This document shows, in pieces, positions 31,779 through 40,979 of a stretch of 64,000 nt of DNA. Below the pieces are notes generated by a model that made no database searches, was not told the DNA's origin, and saw only the letters and a program-made list of their open reading frames with translations. Source of the DNA: Dehalococcoidia bacterium (GTDB lineage Bacteria > Chloroflexota > Dehalococcoidia > DSTF01 > WHTK01); NCBI GenBank assembly GCA_965225815.1, contig CBDDBP010000006.1:314066-378065 (forward strand), read 5' to 3'. A program made the translations under genes and the position numbers. Numbering within the stretch: the stretch's first letter is position 1; every line of letters begins with the position of its first letter.

Positions 31779-32093
31779 ATGGCGAGCGAGCACAGTCCTG
31801 ACAATCCCGACCTCGCGCCTCATCCAATCCGCGAGCAATCACCTCTGAGGCACCTTGAAGCGCCAGCCTTTCGAGACCGCGCGGGCGGTCGAAAGCCTGG
31901 GTTACTGCGCGCCTGGCTGCTAATGGCTGTGGCGCTCCTCGGACCGGGCCAAATTCTGGTTGGCTACATCGTCGTTTCATCGGGACTTACGCAACTTGGT
32001 TTATTTCTTCTCGTAAGCGGTTTGGGGATGATGGGGTTGGTCATTCTGGCATTGATTCTGGTCGGATTTCTGCTGGTCACTCCCGGCCTTTGA
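31779..32093 (+). CDS. small membrane protein (cassette-like)
   Basis: 2 TM; flanked on both sides by the promoter motif. Confidence 0.5.
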   Translation: MASEHSPDNPDLAPHPIREQSPLRHLEAPAFRDRAGGRKPGLLRAWLLMAVALLGPGQILVGYIVVSSGLTQLGLFLLVSGLGMMGLVILALILVGFLLVTPGL

Positions 32094-32237
32094 CACCCCC
32101 CTCACCAGCGACAGGATCCGTTGGTGGCCGTCCTCCTTTGCAATTTTCGATGAGATACGCGGCCAGGCGGGTTGCAGTCCTGGCTGCCTCACAGTAGCTG
32201 CTGGCCAGTCTGGGTGCCTAACAAGTAGGCTGCTGCT

Positions 32238-33167
32238 ATGCTTGGCGTCGCTCTAGCGCTGCTCTCCGCGTTGTCGTTCAGCCTCCAGAGCGTCATGGCT
32301 CGACGCGGCATGGCGCAGGCCTCCCCCACCGCCGGAGCATTCATCACGATCTGGCTCGGCGTGCCGATCTTCGCGATCGGAGCGCTCGCCAGCGGTCAGC
32401 TGTTCAATGTCGATGGGCTCTCGCTGAAGGCTTACGGATTCCTCGCCGCGGCGGGCGCCATCCACTTCGTCATCGGCCGCAGCTTCGGCTACCGAGCCAT
32501 CGCTGCCATTGGCGCCGCCCGCACCGGGCCGATTACGGCCCTCACGACGCCCTATAGCATTCTCATCGCGATCGTGTTCCTGGGCGAGAACATCTCCCCC
32601 CTTATGGCGATCGGCGTCCTCTGCATCCTTGCCGGTCCCGTGATTATGATTGAAAGACGGCAGCGCCAGCCGGTAAGCGTCGGGGCCGGCGCTCCAGCCG
32701 GCGAGGAAAAGGCCTTCGAGTTCAAGCAAGTGGAGGGCTACGCCTCCGCCGGCATATCGGCGATGGCATACGGCACCAGTCCCATCTTCATCCGCGCCGC
32801 TCTGGAGGGCGAGGCGGGGCTATCCCTCCTCGGCGGCCTAGTGTCCTACACGGCGGCGGCGCTCCTTATGCTGGTCGGCGTCGGCCTGACCAGCCGGCGT
32901 GATCTGGTTACGTCGCTGCGTCCGGAAACCGTCCGGGCATTCGTCGGGGCAGGCTTCCTCTCCGCGATCGCCCAGATGCTGCGGTTCGTCGCTCTCTCGG
33001 TCGCACCGGTCGCCATCGTGACCAGCCTCAACCGCGCCGGCAACGTCTTCACGCTCGGGTTGTCGTGGCTCTTCAATCGCCGCCTCGAGTTCATCACGCG
33101 TCGCGTCGTAGCCGGCGTGTTGCTTTCGGTTCTCGGCGCCATCGTCCTGGTGATCGGCAGTCAGTGA
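32238..33167 (+). CDS. EamA/DMT family transporter
   Basis: 10 TM, two EamA repeats, FLGE motif. Confidence 0.9.
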   Translation: MLGVALALLSALSFSLQSVMARRGMAQASPTAGAFITIWLGVPIFAIGALASGQLFNVDGLSLKAYGFLAAAGAIHFVIGRSFGYRAIAAIGAARTGPITALTTPYSILIAIVFLGENISPLMAIGVLCILAGPVIMIERRQRQPVSVGAGAPAGEEKAFEFKQVEGYASAGISAMAYGTSPIFIRAALEGEAGLSLLGGLVSYTAAALLMLVGVGLTSRRDLVTSLRPETVRAFVGAGFLSAIAQMLRFVALSVAPVAIVTSLNRAGNVFTLGLSWLFNRRLEFITRRVVAGVLLSVLGAIVLVIGSQ

Positions 33168-33309
33168 GCCGTGAGCCTGATCGCGCTAGGCGTCCAGCAA
33201 CTCTGACGCAGCCACCGGCGAGCAAGCGATGCGGTCTGCGCTGCCTCGGCGGGGTCGCCTCACTCTCAAGCAACAATCACCCTACTCTGGTCAACCGACT
33301 AGGACTAAC

Positions 33310-33402
33310 CACCTCGATTTCGCCATCGCTGAGTTCCAGGACATGAAAACGCAGCCGGCGCTGGAGCGGGCGCTTGGGCGTCGGGGGCTGCTGAAGGCGT
33401 AT
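33310..33402 (+). repeat. orphan gene-end repeat R1
   Basis: HLDFAIAEFQDMKTQPALERALGRRGLLKA. Confidence 0.92.
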
Positions 33403-33512
33403 CATTCTTAGTGCGTTGGTCACTGGCCTTTGAATTCTTGCCTCGCCAGCGACAGAATCACAGCGCTTAGCATCGTCTCATCCCGACTACTCGGAGGTAA
33501 GGAGCATCCTGT

Positions 33513-33893
33513 GTGGCGTCAGAGCCTGGGCAGCCAGTCACCTGCAGGCAGTGCAGCTCTGTCTTCTTCAGTAAAGAGGAACTCGATAGACACCTAGCCC
33601 AGACGGGCCACTCGTCTCAGTCTCACCTTCATCGCTATGGGCGCTATCTCCCTCACGCTACCGCGGGTCTTGGTTATCTTGTCGTCGGACTCCTTTCTGA
33701 TTTCGGAAGTGGAACTTTACTCATTGGCGGGCTAGGTGGTTACTTCACAGGCTGGCTCATTGCAAAGACGCTTGGCGTCCCAATGGGCAGGGGTGGTCGA
33801 GGCGGAGGGGGCTGGGGGGGAAGTGGAGGAGGCGATGGCGGCAATGGAGGCGGAGGTAATGGTGGTGGGGGCGGCGGCAACGGAGGCCCTTGA
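33513..33893 (+). CDS. C2H2 zinc-finger membrane protein with Gly-rich tail
   Basis: CRQC...F......RH...GH; 2 TM; GGG tail; AAGGAG RBS. Confidence 0.6.
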   Translation: MASEPGQPVTCRQCSSVFFSKEELDRHLAQTGHSSQSHLHRYGRYLPHATAGLGYLVVGLLSDFGSGTLLIGGLGGYFTGWLIAKTLGVPMGRGGRGGGGWGGSGGGDGGNGGGGNGGGGGGNGGP

Positions 33894-33948
33894 ACGCTTA
33901 ATCCTGGCTACGTTACGCAGGAACGTTGACGGTATGCAGCATCAAGCC

Positions 33949-34032
33949 TTCGCCATCGCCGAGTTCCAGGACATGAAGATGCGGCCCGCCCTGGAACGGG
34001 CGCTGGGGCGCAGAGGGCTGCTGAAGGCGTAG
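33949..34032 (+). repeat. orphan gene-end repeat R2
   Basis: FAIAEFQDMKMRPALERALGRRGLLKA*. Confidence 0.92.
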
Positions 34033-34165
34033 CCCGTGTTTCCTGGCTTACTCACTAACGGATACACAGACTGTGTCCCGCGTAAGCAGACCATTGACAG
34101 CCACCGACGGCAGAATCATTATCCCGCGAGAAGCACGATACCTGAGTAAGAAAGGGAGAAAATCA

Positions 34166-34579
34166 ATGGCAAGTCAGACCGATGTAGCAGGCAGAATAGC
34201 TCTTACGGTTCCTCAGTTCTCCTGGGATCATCCAATTCCTTTGGGTGTTCGGCTCGGCAATCTGGTTATCTCGTCCATAATTCCGCCGCGCGATCCGGAA
34301 ACCGGCGGCACACCATCGGAAGTTAAGCGACAGGTTGAGCTCGTCTTCCAACACATGAAGGGGCTGATCGAGGACGCCGGCGGCACAATCGATGACATCG
34401 CGCGCGTAACGTTCCTCGTCAGGAGCAAGGCAGAACATCGGCCACTCATCGACGAGGAGTGGAACGCAATGTTCTCGGCAGCTGGAGTTCAGCCGGCCCG
34501 GCTCGTCATTGAGGTTCCACCGCAGGGCGGACCATCCATCCAGTGCGAGTTCATCGGCATGCTTGGCTCGAAGCCCTAA
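34166..34579 (+). CDS. RidA/YjgF family protein
   Basis: HPIP...R.GNL, Q...VF..M..L...AG....DI, EW..MF....PAR. Confidence 0.85.
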   Translation: MASQTDVAGRIALTVPQFSWDHPIPLGVRLGNLVISSIIPPRDPETGGTPSEVKRQVELVFQHMKGLIEDAGGTIDDIARVTFLVRSKAEHRPLIDEEWNAMFSAAGVQPARLVIEVPPQGGPSIQCEFIGMLGSKP

Positions 34580-34661
34580 GACGTACCCCGCAGATCAGGG
34601 AGTATAAGAACGATAGCCGCCGTTGGGTCGTCAGGGGCGGCCATCGGCAGCCTTGGAGCGT

Positions 34662-34736
34662 CGCGACGCCGCTTCCGAGCACCTGGACTTCGCCGTCGCC
34701 GAGTTCCAGGACATGAAGATGGAGCGTGCGCTGGGA
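34662..34736 (+). repeat. orphan gene-end repeat R3 (internal deletion)
   Basis: RDAASEHLDFAVAEFQDMKM----ERALG. Confidence 0.85.
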
Positions 34737-34743
34737 TGGTGCT

Positions 34744-34974
34744 ATGAATACTGGACACTACCTCGAACCGATGATCGACGACTCGGAACAGGAGTGCGTG
34801 TTTTGCGGAGACCCGGCTGAGCATCGACTGCTCTGGACGGGGCCAGGATTCTTCGATACGTCTCAAGAAAGTGAGCATCAGGCAGGAACGCACTACCTCA
34901 GAGAGATAGACGAAAGCGTCTGCTCCGAGTGCGGGCAACTACCACTGGATGAGCTCCTGAATCGCCTCGCCTAG
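34744..34974 (+). CDS. small CxxC protein
   Basis: CVFC...CSEC; starts 8 nt after R3. Confidence 0.5.
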   Translation: MNTGHYLEPMIDDSEQECVFCGDPAEHRLLWTGPGFFDTSQESEHQAGTHYLREIDESVCSECGQLPLDELLNRLA

Positions 34975-35026
34975 AAGCTCAGATGAAGGCTCGCCAGAGA
35001 GGCAGCCTTCATGGGTATCGAGCAGC

Positions 35027-35116
35027 CTTGATTTCGCTATTACCGAGTTCCAGGACATGAAAATGCAGCCGGCGCTGGAGCGGGCGCTGGGCCGCAGGGG
35101 GCTGCTGAAGGCGTAG
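35027..35116 (+). repeat. orphan gene-end repeat R4
   Basis: LDFAITEFQDMKMQPALERALGRRGLLKA*. Confidence 0.92.
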
Positions 35117-35152
35117 GGGGTTGGCTCCATCGCCCGCACGGGCCTAGGGTTC

Positions 35153-35668
35153 TTGCGCGTGACTATTCGCTACTTAGCAATTGCCAGCTTTGGAACCGGG
35201 CTAACTGCGCTGGTCGGGTTTATGGTGGGACTGGCCGATCCTGCGTATTACGCTCCCGAAACCACCCTCGACTATGCGGCCGCCACACTCAACACCCTGG
35301 GGCCGGTCGCCGCCGCGGTAGCCCTGTTCATTTGGTGGAAGGTGGTGCAGGTCAGGAGGGGTGTTTTTCTTATCCTGATCGCGGCAGGAAGTGGCTTGGG
35401 GTATGGAGTTGGTAACTTCCTCGGAGATATTGCTGGCTGGGAGCCGGGAGATGACCTGTTCTTTTATGGAAGCGCTGCGTTCTTCTTTGCGTCGTTCGCC
35501 GCCGGCGTCGTGGTTCTTACGGTGCGAAGCAATTGGCGATGGTCTGGGCTATTTCTGCTGGCTGTTGCCGCGGGCGTCGGTGTCGACTCAGCCCTGGTCT
35601 CGGCCATTGGCTGGCTCGCTCTCGGGGTAGTCCTGTGGAAGGGCCTCCTCGGCCAAGCTGAGACGTAA
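35153..35668 (+). CDS. membrane protein (5-6 TM)
   Basis: hydrophobic ORF filling the R4-R5 interval. Confidence 0.65.
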   Translation: MRVTIRYLAIASFGTGLTALVGFMVGLADPAYYAPETTLDYAAATLNTLGPVAAAVALFIWWKVVQVRRGVFLILIAAGSGLGYGVGNFLGDIAGWEPGDDLFFYGSAAFFFASFAAGVVVLTVRSNWRWSGLFLLAVAAGVGVDSALVSAIGWLALGVVLWKGLLGQAET

Positions 35669-35714
35669 TTTCGGCGGCGGCTGAGTGCCTGGTTAAAGTT
35701 CAAGGTTGGCACCC

Positions 35715-35765
35715 CAGTCTGCATTAGAGCGAGCGCTGGGGCGTCGAGGACTGCTGAACGCGTAG
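35715..35765 (+). repeat. orphan gene-end repeat R5 (short)
   Basis: QSALERALGRRGLLNA*, followed by GGTCAC...TCTGGCCTTTGACA promoter motif. Confidence 0.85.
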
Positions 35766-35854
35766 GGTCACCTGCCGTCTGGCCTTTGACACCCTGACTC
35801 GCCAGCGACAGAATCACGACACCGTGACCAGTCACGGGATTGAGCGCCCCCGGC

Positions 35855-35943
35855 GAGCACCCAGCCTTCATCATTGTCGAGTCCCGAGATATGAAGAGGC
35901 AGCCTGGCCTGGAGCGGGCGCTTGGGCGGCGCGGGCGCGGTAG
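35855..35943 (+). repeat. orphan gene-end repeat R6 (degenerate)
   Basis: EHPAFIIVESRDMKRQPGLERALGRRG. Confidence 0.8.
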
Positions 35944-35965
35944 CGGGCCGTCGTTCTGTGCTCCC

Positions 35966-37633
35966 TCACCTCGCGGCGCTGAGCGATCTGTCGTCGTAGA
36001 CCACCACGCCTCCGACGAAGGTCATTGCTGCGGCGATGTCGTCGATTTCGTCCTCGGGTACGTTGAGGAAGTCCGCGTTGAGGATCACCAAATCGGCTAG
36101 CTTGCCGACTTCGACTGATCCGAGTAGGTCTTCTTCGAGCGCGCTCCAGGCGCTCCCCATGGTGTACAGACGCAGGGCCTCGAGGCGTGTAATCTGCTGA
36201 CCATCGTTGACCAACGAGCCCGAAATCGTCCGACCCGTGACCATGTAGTGGATGCCCTGCCACGGATCGAGCGGTCCGATCGCTCGTCCGTCAGAACCCG
36301 CGCCAGCCGTCACCCCGGCATCGATGATGTCCCGAAAGGGTGCGCCCCCGCCAAACGAACCGTAGTAGGCGAAGTTGTGCACGCCGACACCGGCGCCCAG
36401 CTCGGCCAGACGGGCCAGGTGCTCGGGCGAGATCTGATTGGCGTGGTCCAACGACCAGTGGAGGTCGGCCAGTGGCGTCGTGGCATCGACCTCTTCAAAC
36501 GCGCTGATATGGGCGGCGTTCTCTGCGGATCGCAGCGAGTGCTGCGCCAGCGGCCAGCCTAGTGCCGCGATTTCGGACCATCCCGCCGCGAAGTCGGCGG
36601 AGGTATCGCCGAAGCCTCCGACCGAGAACTCACCGACGCCGACCACGCGCAGCATGTCGTCGCCATCGCCTGCACGCCCGAGAGCATCTTCAACCGCCTG
36701 AATCGTCGTCTCGATCCCGCCGAGGCCGCCGAAGCGGAGACGCATGCGCACGGTGAGCTGCTCGCTCTCCCAGAGTCGGTAAGCCTGTTCCCCGTTGCCG
36801 GTGCTCGTCATGTCGATCACCGTCGTGATACCCATCGAATTGGCCCAGGTCATGTACTCCTTGGCGGCCCGCTCGGCGTCAGCGTCCGTCTGCTCGCCTT
36901 GCAAGATCTGGACGGCGCGCGGCGTCCTCTGCTGGTCGATCGGGATGCCGCCATCGGCGGCAATCGTGCCGACGCCGTTTGCCTCTAGATGCGCTTTGGC
37001 GAGCGAATTCACAGCTGCCGGTCCGCTGAAGGAGGCCTGCAGGTAGACCGGATGGTTCGGCGCAACGGCGTCGAGCTCGGCCAGGGTTGGCAACGGGAAC
37101 GCCCTGGTGGGATAGCCCCCGATGACGGTGATGTATTCGCCCGCCGGGACGGTTTGAACCCGCTCGCGAAGCCCGTCGAGAGCGTCTTGGGTCGAACGAG
37201 CCTCCTCGATCTGCGACAAGAAGTGTCCGGGCCGGACCCAGTCTCGCGTGAAATGCACATGGGAATCGATGAAGCCGGGAACGACAGTGCGGCCAGCGAG
37301 ATCGACCACGCAAGCGCCCTCTGGGATCGTGATTGAATCGCCGACGGCGCTGATGTGTGAGCCTTCGAGCAAGACCGACGAAGCTTGTGAGTCTGTCGCG
37401 TCGACCGTGAGAATGACTCCGTTGATCAGGGCGATCACGGTCGAATCGGCAAGGCAACCCGACGGCGGTTGGTTGCTAGCTTCGCTAGCCGTCCCGGTGC
37501 TGGGCGTTTCGCTTAGCCCCTCAGATTGGGCCCCGGTGGTGCCTTTTTGGTTGGGCGTGTCATCTGAGCAGCCCGCCAGGAGGATGACGCCAGCGACGAC
37601 GATGGCGAGAGCTTGCCACCGCGTTATCTTCAT
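35966..37633 (-). CDS. amidohydrolase-3 (YtcJ-like) lipoprotein
   Basis: lipobox LAGC; PGFIDSHVH; GSD; G...VGKLADLVIL. Confidence 0.9.
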   Translation of the reverse strand: MKITRWQALAIVVAGVILLAGCSDDTPNQKGTTGAQSEGLSETPSTGTASEASNQPPSGCLADSTVIALINGVILTVDATDSQASSVLLEGSHISAVGDSITIPEGACVVDLAGRTVVPGFIDSHVHFTRDWVRPGHFLSQIEEARSTQDALDGLRERVQTVPAGEYITVIGGYPTRAFPLPTLAELDAVAPNHPVYLQASFSGPAAVNSLAKAHLEANGVGTIAADGGIPIDQQRTPRAVQILQGEQTDADAERAAKEYMTWANSMGITTVIDMTSTGNGEQAYRLWESEQLTVRMRLRFGGLGGIETTIQAVEDALGRAGDGDDMLRVVGVGEFSVGGFGDTSADFAAGWSEIAALGWPLAQHSLRSAENAAHISAFEEVDATTPLADLHWSLDHANQISPEHLARLAELGAGVGVHNFAYYGSFGGGAPFRDIIDAGVTAGAGSDGRAIGPLDPWQGIHYMVTGRTISGSLVNDGQQITRLEALRLYTMGSAWSALEEDLLGSVEVGKLADLVILNADFLNVPEDEIDDIAAAMTFVGGVVVYDDRSLSAAR

Positions 37634-38091
37634 CGGTCCTCCTCAGCCAGCAGGAGGCTGGCCCTCATTCCATCGAGCCGACCCACTCCGTGACGTGCCC
37701 GAAACCTCATCCTCTCGTTTAACTGCTAGCCGCAGCGTCGCACCAACCATACGGGCACGCCGGTTAGTCCGACAGCACCAAGCCCTGTGCCGCGTAGGAG
37801 ATGCCGGCGGCTGAGCACTCGCTGCTTCCACCTGTGCTGCAAGCTGGCCCTTCCTGGCTACCGGCCGTGTTCGACTCGGACCAGATTATTGATCACGACA
37901 TTGCTATGCGGCGTTCCAGTGCGACTCGCGTTCCCTTTAGATAATCTCTCTTCGGCCAGCGGAGGTTACGGCCAGAAACCAGAATCCTGACTAAATTTCT
38001 CTACGGGCTAAACGAATGTCCAGTGCGGCAACAGGCAGCTCAGCCAGGATACCAAGGAGCATCACCGGAACATGGTTTCCTTTCAGGACAC

Positions 38092-38182
38092 GACGCCGCT
38101 ATCGAGCTACTCGAGTTTGCAATGGCGAGTCCAAGACATCAAGATGCGGCCGACGCTGGGGCGTCGGGGGCTGCTGAAGGCG
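38092..38182 (+). repeat. orphan gene-end repeat R7 (degenerate)
   Basis: DAAIELLEFAM..DIKMRP..LGRRGLLKA with indels. Confidence 0.8.
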
Positions 38183-38183
38183 C

Positions 38184-38211
38184 CGTCACACTATCGCCCG
38201 ATCGTGTAACC
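38184..38211 (+). other. 28-bp 11-6-11 palindromic site S1
   Basis: CGTCACACTAT-CGCCCG-ATCGTGTAACC. Confidence 0.75.
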
Positions 38212-38223
38212 ATCTGGCCTTCA

Positions 38224-38301
38224 GTCGCTGACTGCAAGGACATGAAGATGCAGCCTGCGCTGGAGCGAGCGCTGGGACGTAGGGAGCTGCTGAAGGCGTA
38301 G
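38224..38301 (+). repeat. orphan gene-end repeat R8
   Basis: VADCKDMKMQPALERALGRRELLKA*. Confidence 0.9.
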
Positions 38302-38455
38302 AGAACCGCAACTCGCCGTCGATGAAGGCGTAAAACAAAGCCCGACATGCTGACATGGTTACCTACCACCGTCAGAGGAAGAGGCTGGAGCCGGTTTTCA
38401 GACGTGGCATCCCTGACACTACGGATCTCGATCCTCGCGGTGTCGCCGACGGCGA

Positions 38456-39837
38456 TCAGCCAGAGTCGTCCGCCACAGGCTGTAGACGCCGCGGCGGTCT
38501 GGCGAAGATGACCACCACCGCCGCGATGCCTGCGGTCGCGGCGAAGGCGAGGAAGGCTGAATCGTAGCTGCCAGCGGCATCATAGACACGGGCCGCGAAC
38601 TGCGGACCGATGGCCGTCGCCACCGCGATCAGCGGCAGGGCGACGCCTCGCACCTTGCCGATGTTGACCCGCCCGTAGTACGTCGCCCAGATCAGTTCCT
38701 GCAGGGGAACGCGACCGCCGAAGCCGAGACCCCAGCCCACAAGAAAAAGATAGAGCACCAGTGAGCTGTCAGTGTTGAGGGAAAGGACGATGCCAGCCGT
38801 ACAGACCGACATCAGACCGAAGCTGAAAGAGGCGCAGAAACGCGGTGCGAAGCGCTGCATCATCGCTCCCCAAATCGGGCGTGATAGCGCTGTCGCAAGC
38901 AAAGCGGTGCTGAATCTCGCAGCTCCGGCCTGAGAAGAGAAGCCGGCGTCTTGAACGTTGCGATGAAGTGGAGGAAGAAGGCGCCCGTGCTGAAGCTCGC
39001 CAGAGCAAACGAGACGATAAGCAGCCAGAACGTCTTTGTGTGAATCGCCTCTGCTCTGGTCCACTGCTCCTCAGTAGCGGCCGTAACGACGAGTCTCCTG
39101 CCCGGTGTGGCTTGGATGTCCGCTTCGTCGGTGTCGCCGTCTGGCATGAGGCCGTAGTCCTCGGGACGTCGTCGCATGACTAGCGCTGCCGGGATCGCCA
39201 GGACCAGGAGGCCCAACCCGAGAATCATCCACGAGGTCTCCCAGCCAAAGGAGTCCACAAGCGCGGCTACAATGCGCGGTGTCACAGCTCCGGAGATCGA
39301 CAGGCCGGTCGTGGAGATCGTGATAGCCCAGGCTCGTCGGCGCACGAACCACTTGGAAACCGTCGTGTTGGCGACCAGGTTGCCCAGCATCATCGCACCC
39401 AGAGCGATACCGACGCCCCGTAGCAGCAAGAACTGCCAGATGCTGTCCACCTGGCTAAGGCTGACAACGCTGGCCGACATCACGACGGCCCCAACCAGCA
39501 TGAAAGGACGAGGGCCCTTGGTGTCGAGATGGCTGCCGACCAGGAAACCGCCGCCGCTCATCACCAGCGTCCCCAGGGTCTGGGCCCATGTGAAGTCAGT
39601 TCGGGACCAGCCAAGGTCAGTCGTCATCGGCTCCAGGAAGACGGCCTGAGCGTGGCTCTGTATCGCTACGGCCGTCATCTGGGCGCAGAGAGCCGCCACG
39701 ACTATGTACCAGCCGTAGTAGACCTTACGCGGACGTGCGGCTTGGAGGCGACCAATCAGGCGATTGCGAGCGCGAGGTGGCTCCGCCACGGTCTGACGCA
39801 CGTCAGCGCTTTCCGGCCCTGAGCCAGGTAAGCTCAT
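38456..39837 (-). pseudogene. MFS transporter (OFA-like), frameshifted near 38950
   Basis: YYGWYIV, PMTTDLGWSRT, KWFVRRR; C-terminus YYGR...GKVRG in another frame. Confidence 0.8.
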
Positions 39838-39997
39838 CTTGCGGCAATACTAAAGGCTGAGCGCTTGCTCCGTTGATGGTGCCATATTGACCGAGGACCT
39901 TTTAACAGTTTGCGCCGCCATGTGTAGCGGTTTGGAACGTCAATGACACTCCAGTGGCCGTCGGGCCTGACCCAGAGCTTGCAAGCATTACGATCTG

Positions 39998-40078
39998 ACC
40001 ATCGCCGAGTTCCAGGACATGAAGATGCAGCCTGCGCTGGAGGGGGCGCTGGGACGCAGAGGGCTGCTGAAGGCGTAG
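39998..40078 (+). repeat. orphan gene-end repeat R9
   Basis: TIAEFQDMKMQPALEGALGRRGLLKA*. Confidence 0.92.
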
Positions 40079-40105
40079 GTCACACTATCGCTTGATCGTG
40101 TGACC
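40078..40105 (+). other. 28-bp palindromic site S2, abutting the R9 stop codon
   Basis: GGTCACACTAT-CGCTTG-ATCGTGTGACC. Confidence 0.8.
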
Positions 40106-40119
40106 ACCTAATCCCCGCA

Positions 40120-40193
40120 CTCGCCGAGATCCGGGGTATGAACATGCAGCCTGCGCTGGAGCGGGCACGCGGACCGGGGCGCTGAAGGCGTAG
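40120..40193 (+). repeat. orphan gene-end repeat R10 (degenerate)
   Basis: LAEIRGMNMQPALERA...GCTGAAGGCGTAG. Confidence 0.8.
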
Positions 40194-40324
40194 CTGGTTT
40201 AGCCTAGGAATCTGTCGCTGGCAAACAAGTGTATTAGCGCAAGGCTGTATCGAGAGGGATGGCTTTCAGAAGGGAAGCGGCCCCACGTACTTCCCTTCTG
40301 AGCCGCCCCAATGAGGGCTCGGTA

Positions 40325-40681
40325 TTAGGTGATTGGCTCGTAACCAGGCCCAAGCAGCGGGCACATGAACCGAATGCCACTCCCCATGTCCCAGCGCCCA
40401 CCAACATAGCCGACGTCACCGGGTCCGAACTCTGTGATCAGGCTACCTGCACCACAGTGATTGGCTGCGTCGGGGTCAGGTGCCAAATCTTGGAACGGCC
40501 CCTTATTAGGAAGGTTCTGTGCCGTGACGACGGAGTCATAGCAGAGGTCCTGGCTCTCAACGTAAACCACTACTCGTGGCAGAGGCTTCGGCGGCGTCGT
40601 GGCATTAGCCACACCCGTGAATGTAAGAATCGCCATGGCGGCAGCAGCCACCACAACACCTAGGGTCATCAGTCGTTTCAT
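40325..40681 (-). CDS. small secreted protein
   Basis: signal peptide MKRLMTLGVV..ANA; GAGGAG RBS; TEFGPGD.GYVGGRW. Confidence 0.7.
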   Translation of the reverse strand: MKRLMTLGVVVAAAAMAILTFTGVANATTPPKPLPRVVVYVESQDLCYDSVVTAQNLPNKGPFQDLAPDPDAANHCGAGSLITEFGPGDVGYVGGRWDMGSGIRFMCPLLGPGYEPIT

Positions 40682-40789
40682 AGTGCTCCTCTCCAACTGT
40701 TGTTTGGGGCAAAGCACAGCGTGACGATCTTGGCTTACAGGCCGCTTACGAAGATTACGCTTTGGAGGCATTCCCAGAATCCACGAAGT

Positions 40790-40846
40790 GCGGGCGCTAG
40801 GACGCCGGGGGGCTGGAGGTGTAGGTCACTATTTGGTCATAGTGTC
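40790..40846 (+). repeat. short repeat R11 plus site S3
   Basis: GCGGGCGCTAGGACGCCGGGGGGCTGGAGGTGTAG then GTCACTAT-TTGGTC-ATAGTGTC. Confidence 0.7.
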
Positions 40847-40979
40847 TGTGCGCCAGCAGGCGAAGAGAGCGTCATAGATGAGGACGTAGTGGCTGCGACC
40901 ACCCACCGGAGCCGGCCCAAGTTCCCGATGCTCTACCTGGCGCTCAACTTGACCATGGACCTGTCCCTATACTGAAGTC

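Noticed and set aside
33310-40846. CRISPR array interpretation of the repeats
   Set aside because: Repeats are 50-90 bp, protein-coding and degenerate; spacers range from ~40 bp to over 2 kb and contain genes; no cas genes.
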